Assembly (NCBI RefSeq): GCF_000223395.1
Contig: NC_015931.1
Span: 1,710,001 to 1,742,000 of the forward strand
Source of the DNA: Pyrolobus fumarii 1A
GTDB taxonomy: Archaea > Thermoproteota > Thermoprotei_A > Sulfolobales > Pyrodictiaceae
DNA: 32,000 nucleotides
Reading direction: 5' to 3'
Part shown: positions 31,897-32,000 of the stretch, one piece after another
How the letters are laid out: every line of letters begins with the position of its first letter
How positions within the stretch are numbered: position 1 is the first letter of the stretch
Position numbers and translations under genes: made by a program
Notes under the pieces: model-generated
Seen by the model: only the letters and a program-made list of their open reading frames with translations
What the model was told of the DNA's origin: nothing
Database searches by the model: none

Positions 31897-32000
31897 CTTA
31901 GGCGCACCTGCTAGCCTCCCCCCTCACGGTATAAAATGGTAGTGTTGCACGTTGCGAAGCCCGGTGTATGGCAACCAGGGAGCATCTATGGTGCACACGA

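Noticed and set aside
1-32000. CRISPR array, IS element, integrase or prophage boundaries.
   Set aside because: I saw no regularly spaced 24-40-nt direct repeats, no transposase- or integrase-like ORFs, and no tRNA-adjacent att-like duplication. The PaREP1 copies in inverted orientation flank housekeeping genes such as valS, so they are not ends of a mobile element.

Overview
The window looks like a compact, GC-rich archaeal chromosome. The gene content suggests a hyperthermophilic crenarchaeote: PaREP1 paralogs, many VapBC pairs, a class III signal-peptide pilin, a PAC2/PbaB chaperone and a CxxxY-type CcmE. This taxon call is inference only. About 37 protein genes are supportable, most on the minus strand. 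I found no rRNA, tRNA, CRISPR array, transposase or integrase.

Main blocks:
- 1-1903: two VapBC loci, one with a frameshifted vapC, separated by unusually long non-coding spacers.
- 2374-8181: CaCA-type and MFS-type transporters, a radical SAM enzyme, a PAC2/PbaB proteasome chaperone, hisE and a short nucleotide-sugar-dehydrogenase-like gene.
- 8617-9228 and 24205-25783: three diverged PaREP1 paralogs.
- 9421-18983: a co-directional minus-strand run. It reads DUF1611 (DgcN-like), enolase-family epimerase/racemase, tldD, an unknown 354-aa protein, then a gap, then ccmC, ccmE, ccmA, ccmB and pmbA.
- 19845-24062: valS followed by two divergent VapBC pairs.
- 25986-29179: an AmmeMemoRadiSam-type radical SAM enzyme, a frameshifted type IV pilin-like gene and a YchF/Ygr210-like GTPase.
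- 29384-31896: DUF3800, DUF429 (RNase H-like) and a DHH/DHHA1 phosphoesterase.

Candidates for something undescribed:
1. A dispersed GT-rich intergenic element family with colinear sequence blocks and short hydrophobic mini-ORFs.
2. The tight DUF1611-epimerase-tldD-unknown operon.
3. A CcmC with a C-terminal extension of about 158 aa, inside an archaeal-variant ccm cluster bracketed by tldD and pmbA.
4. The DUF3800/DUF429/DHH neighbourhood.

All family assignments come from motif recognition by eye. No database search was run.
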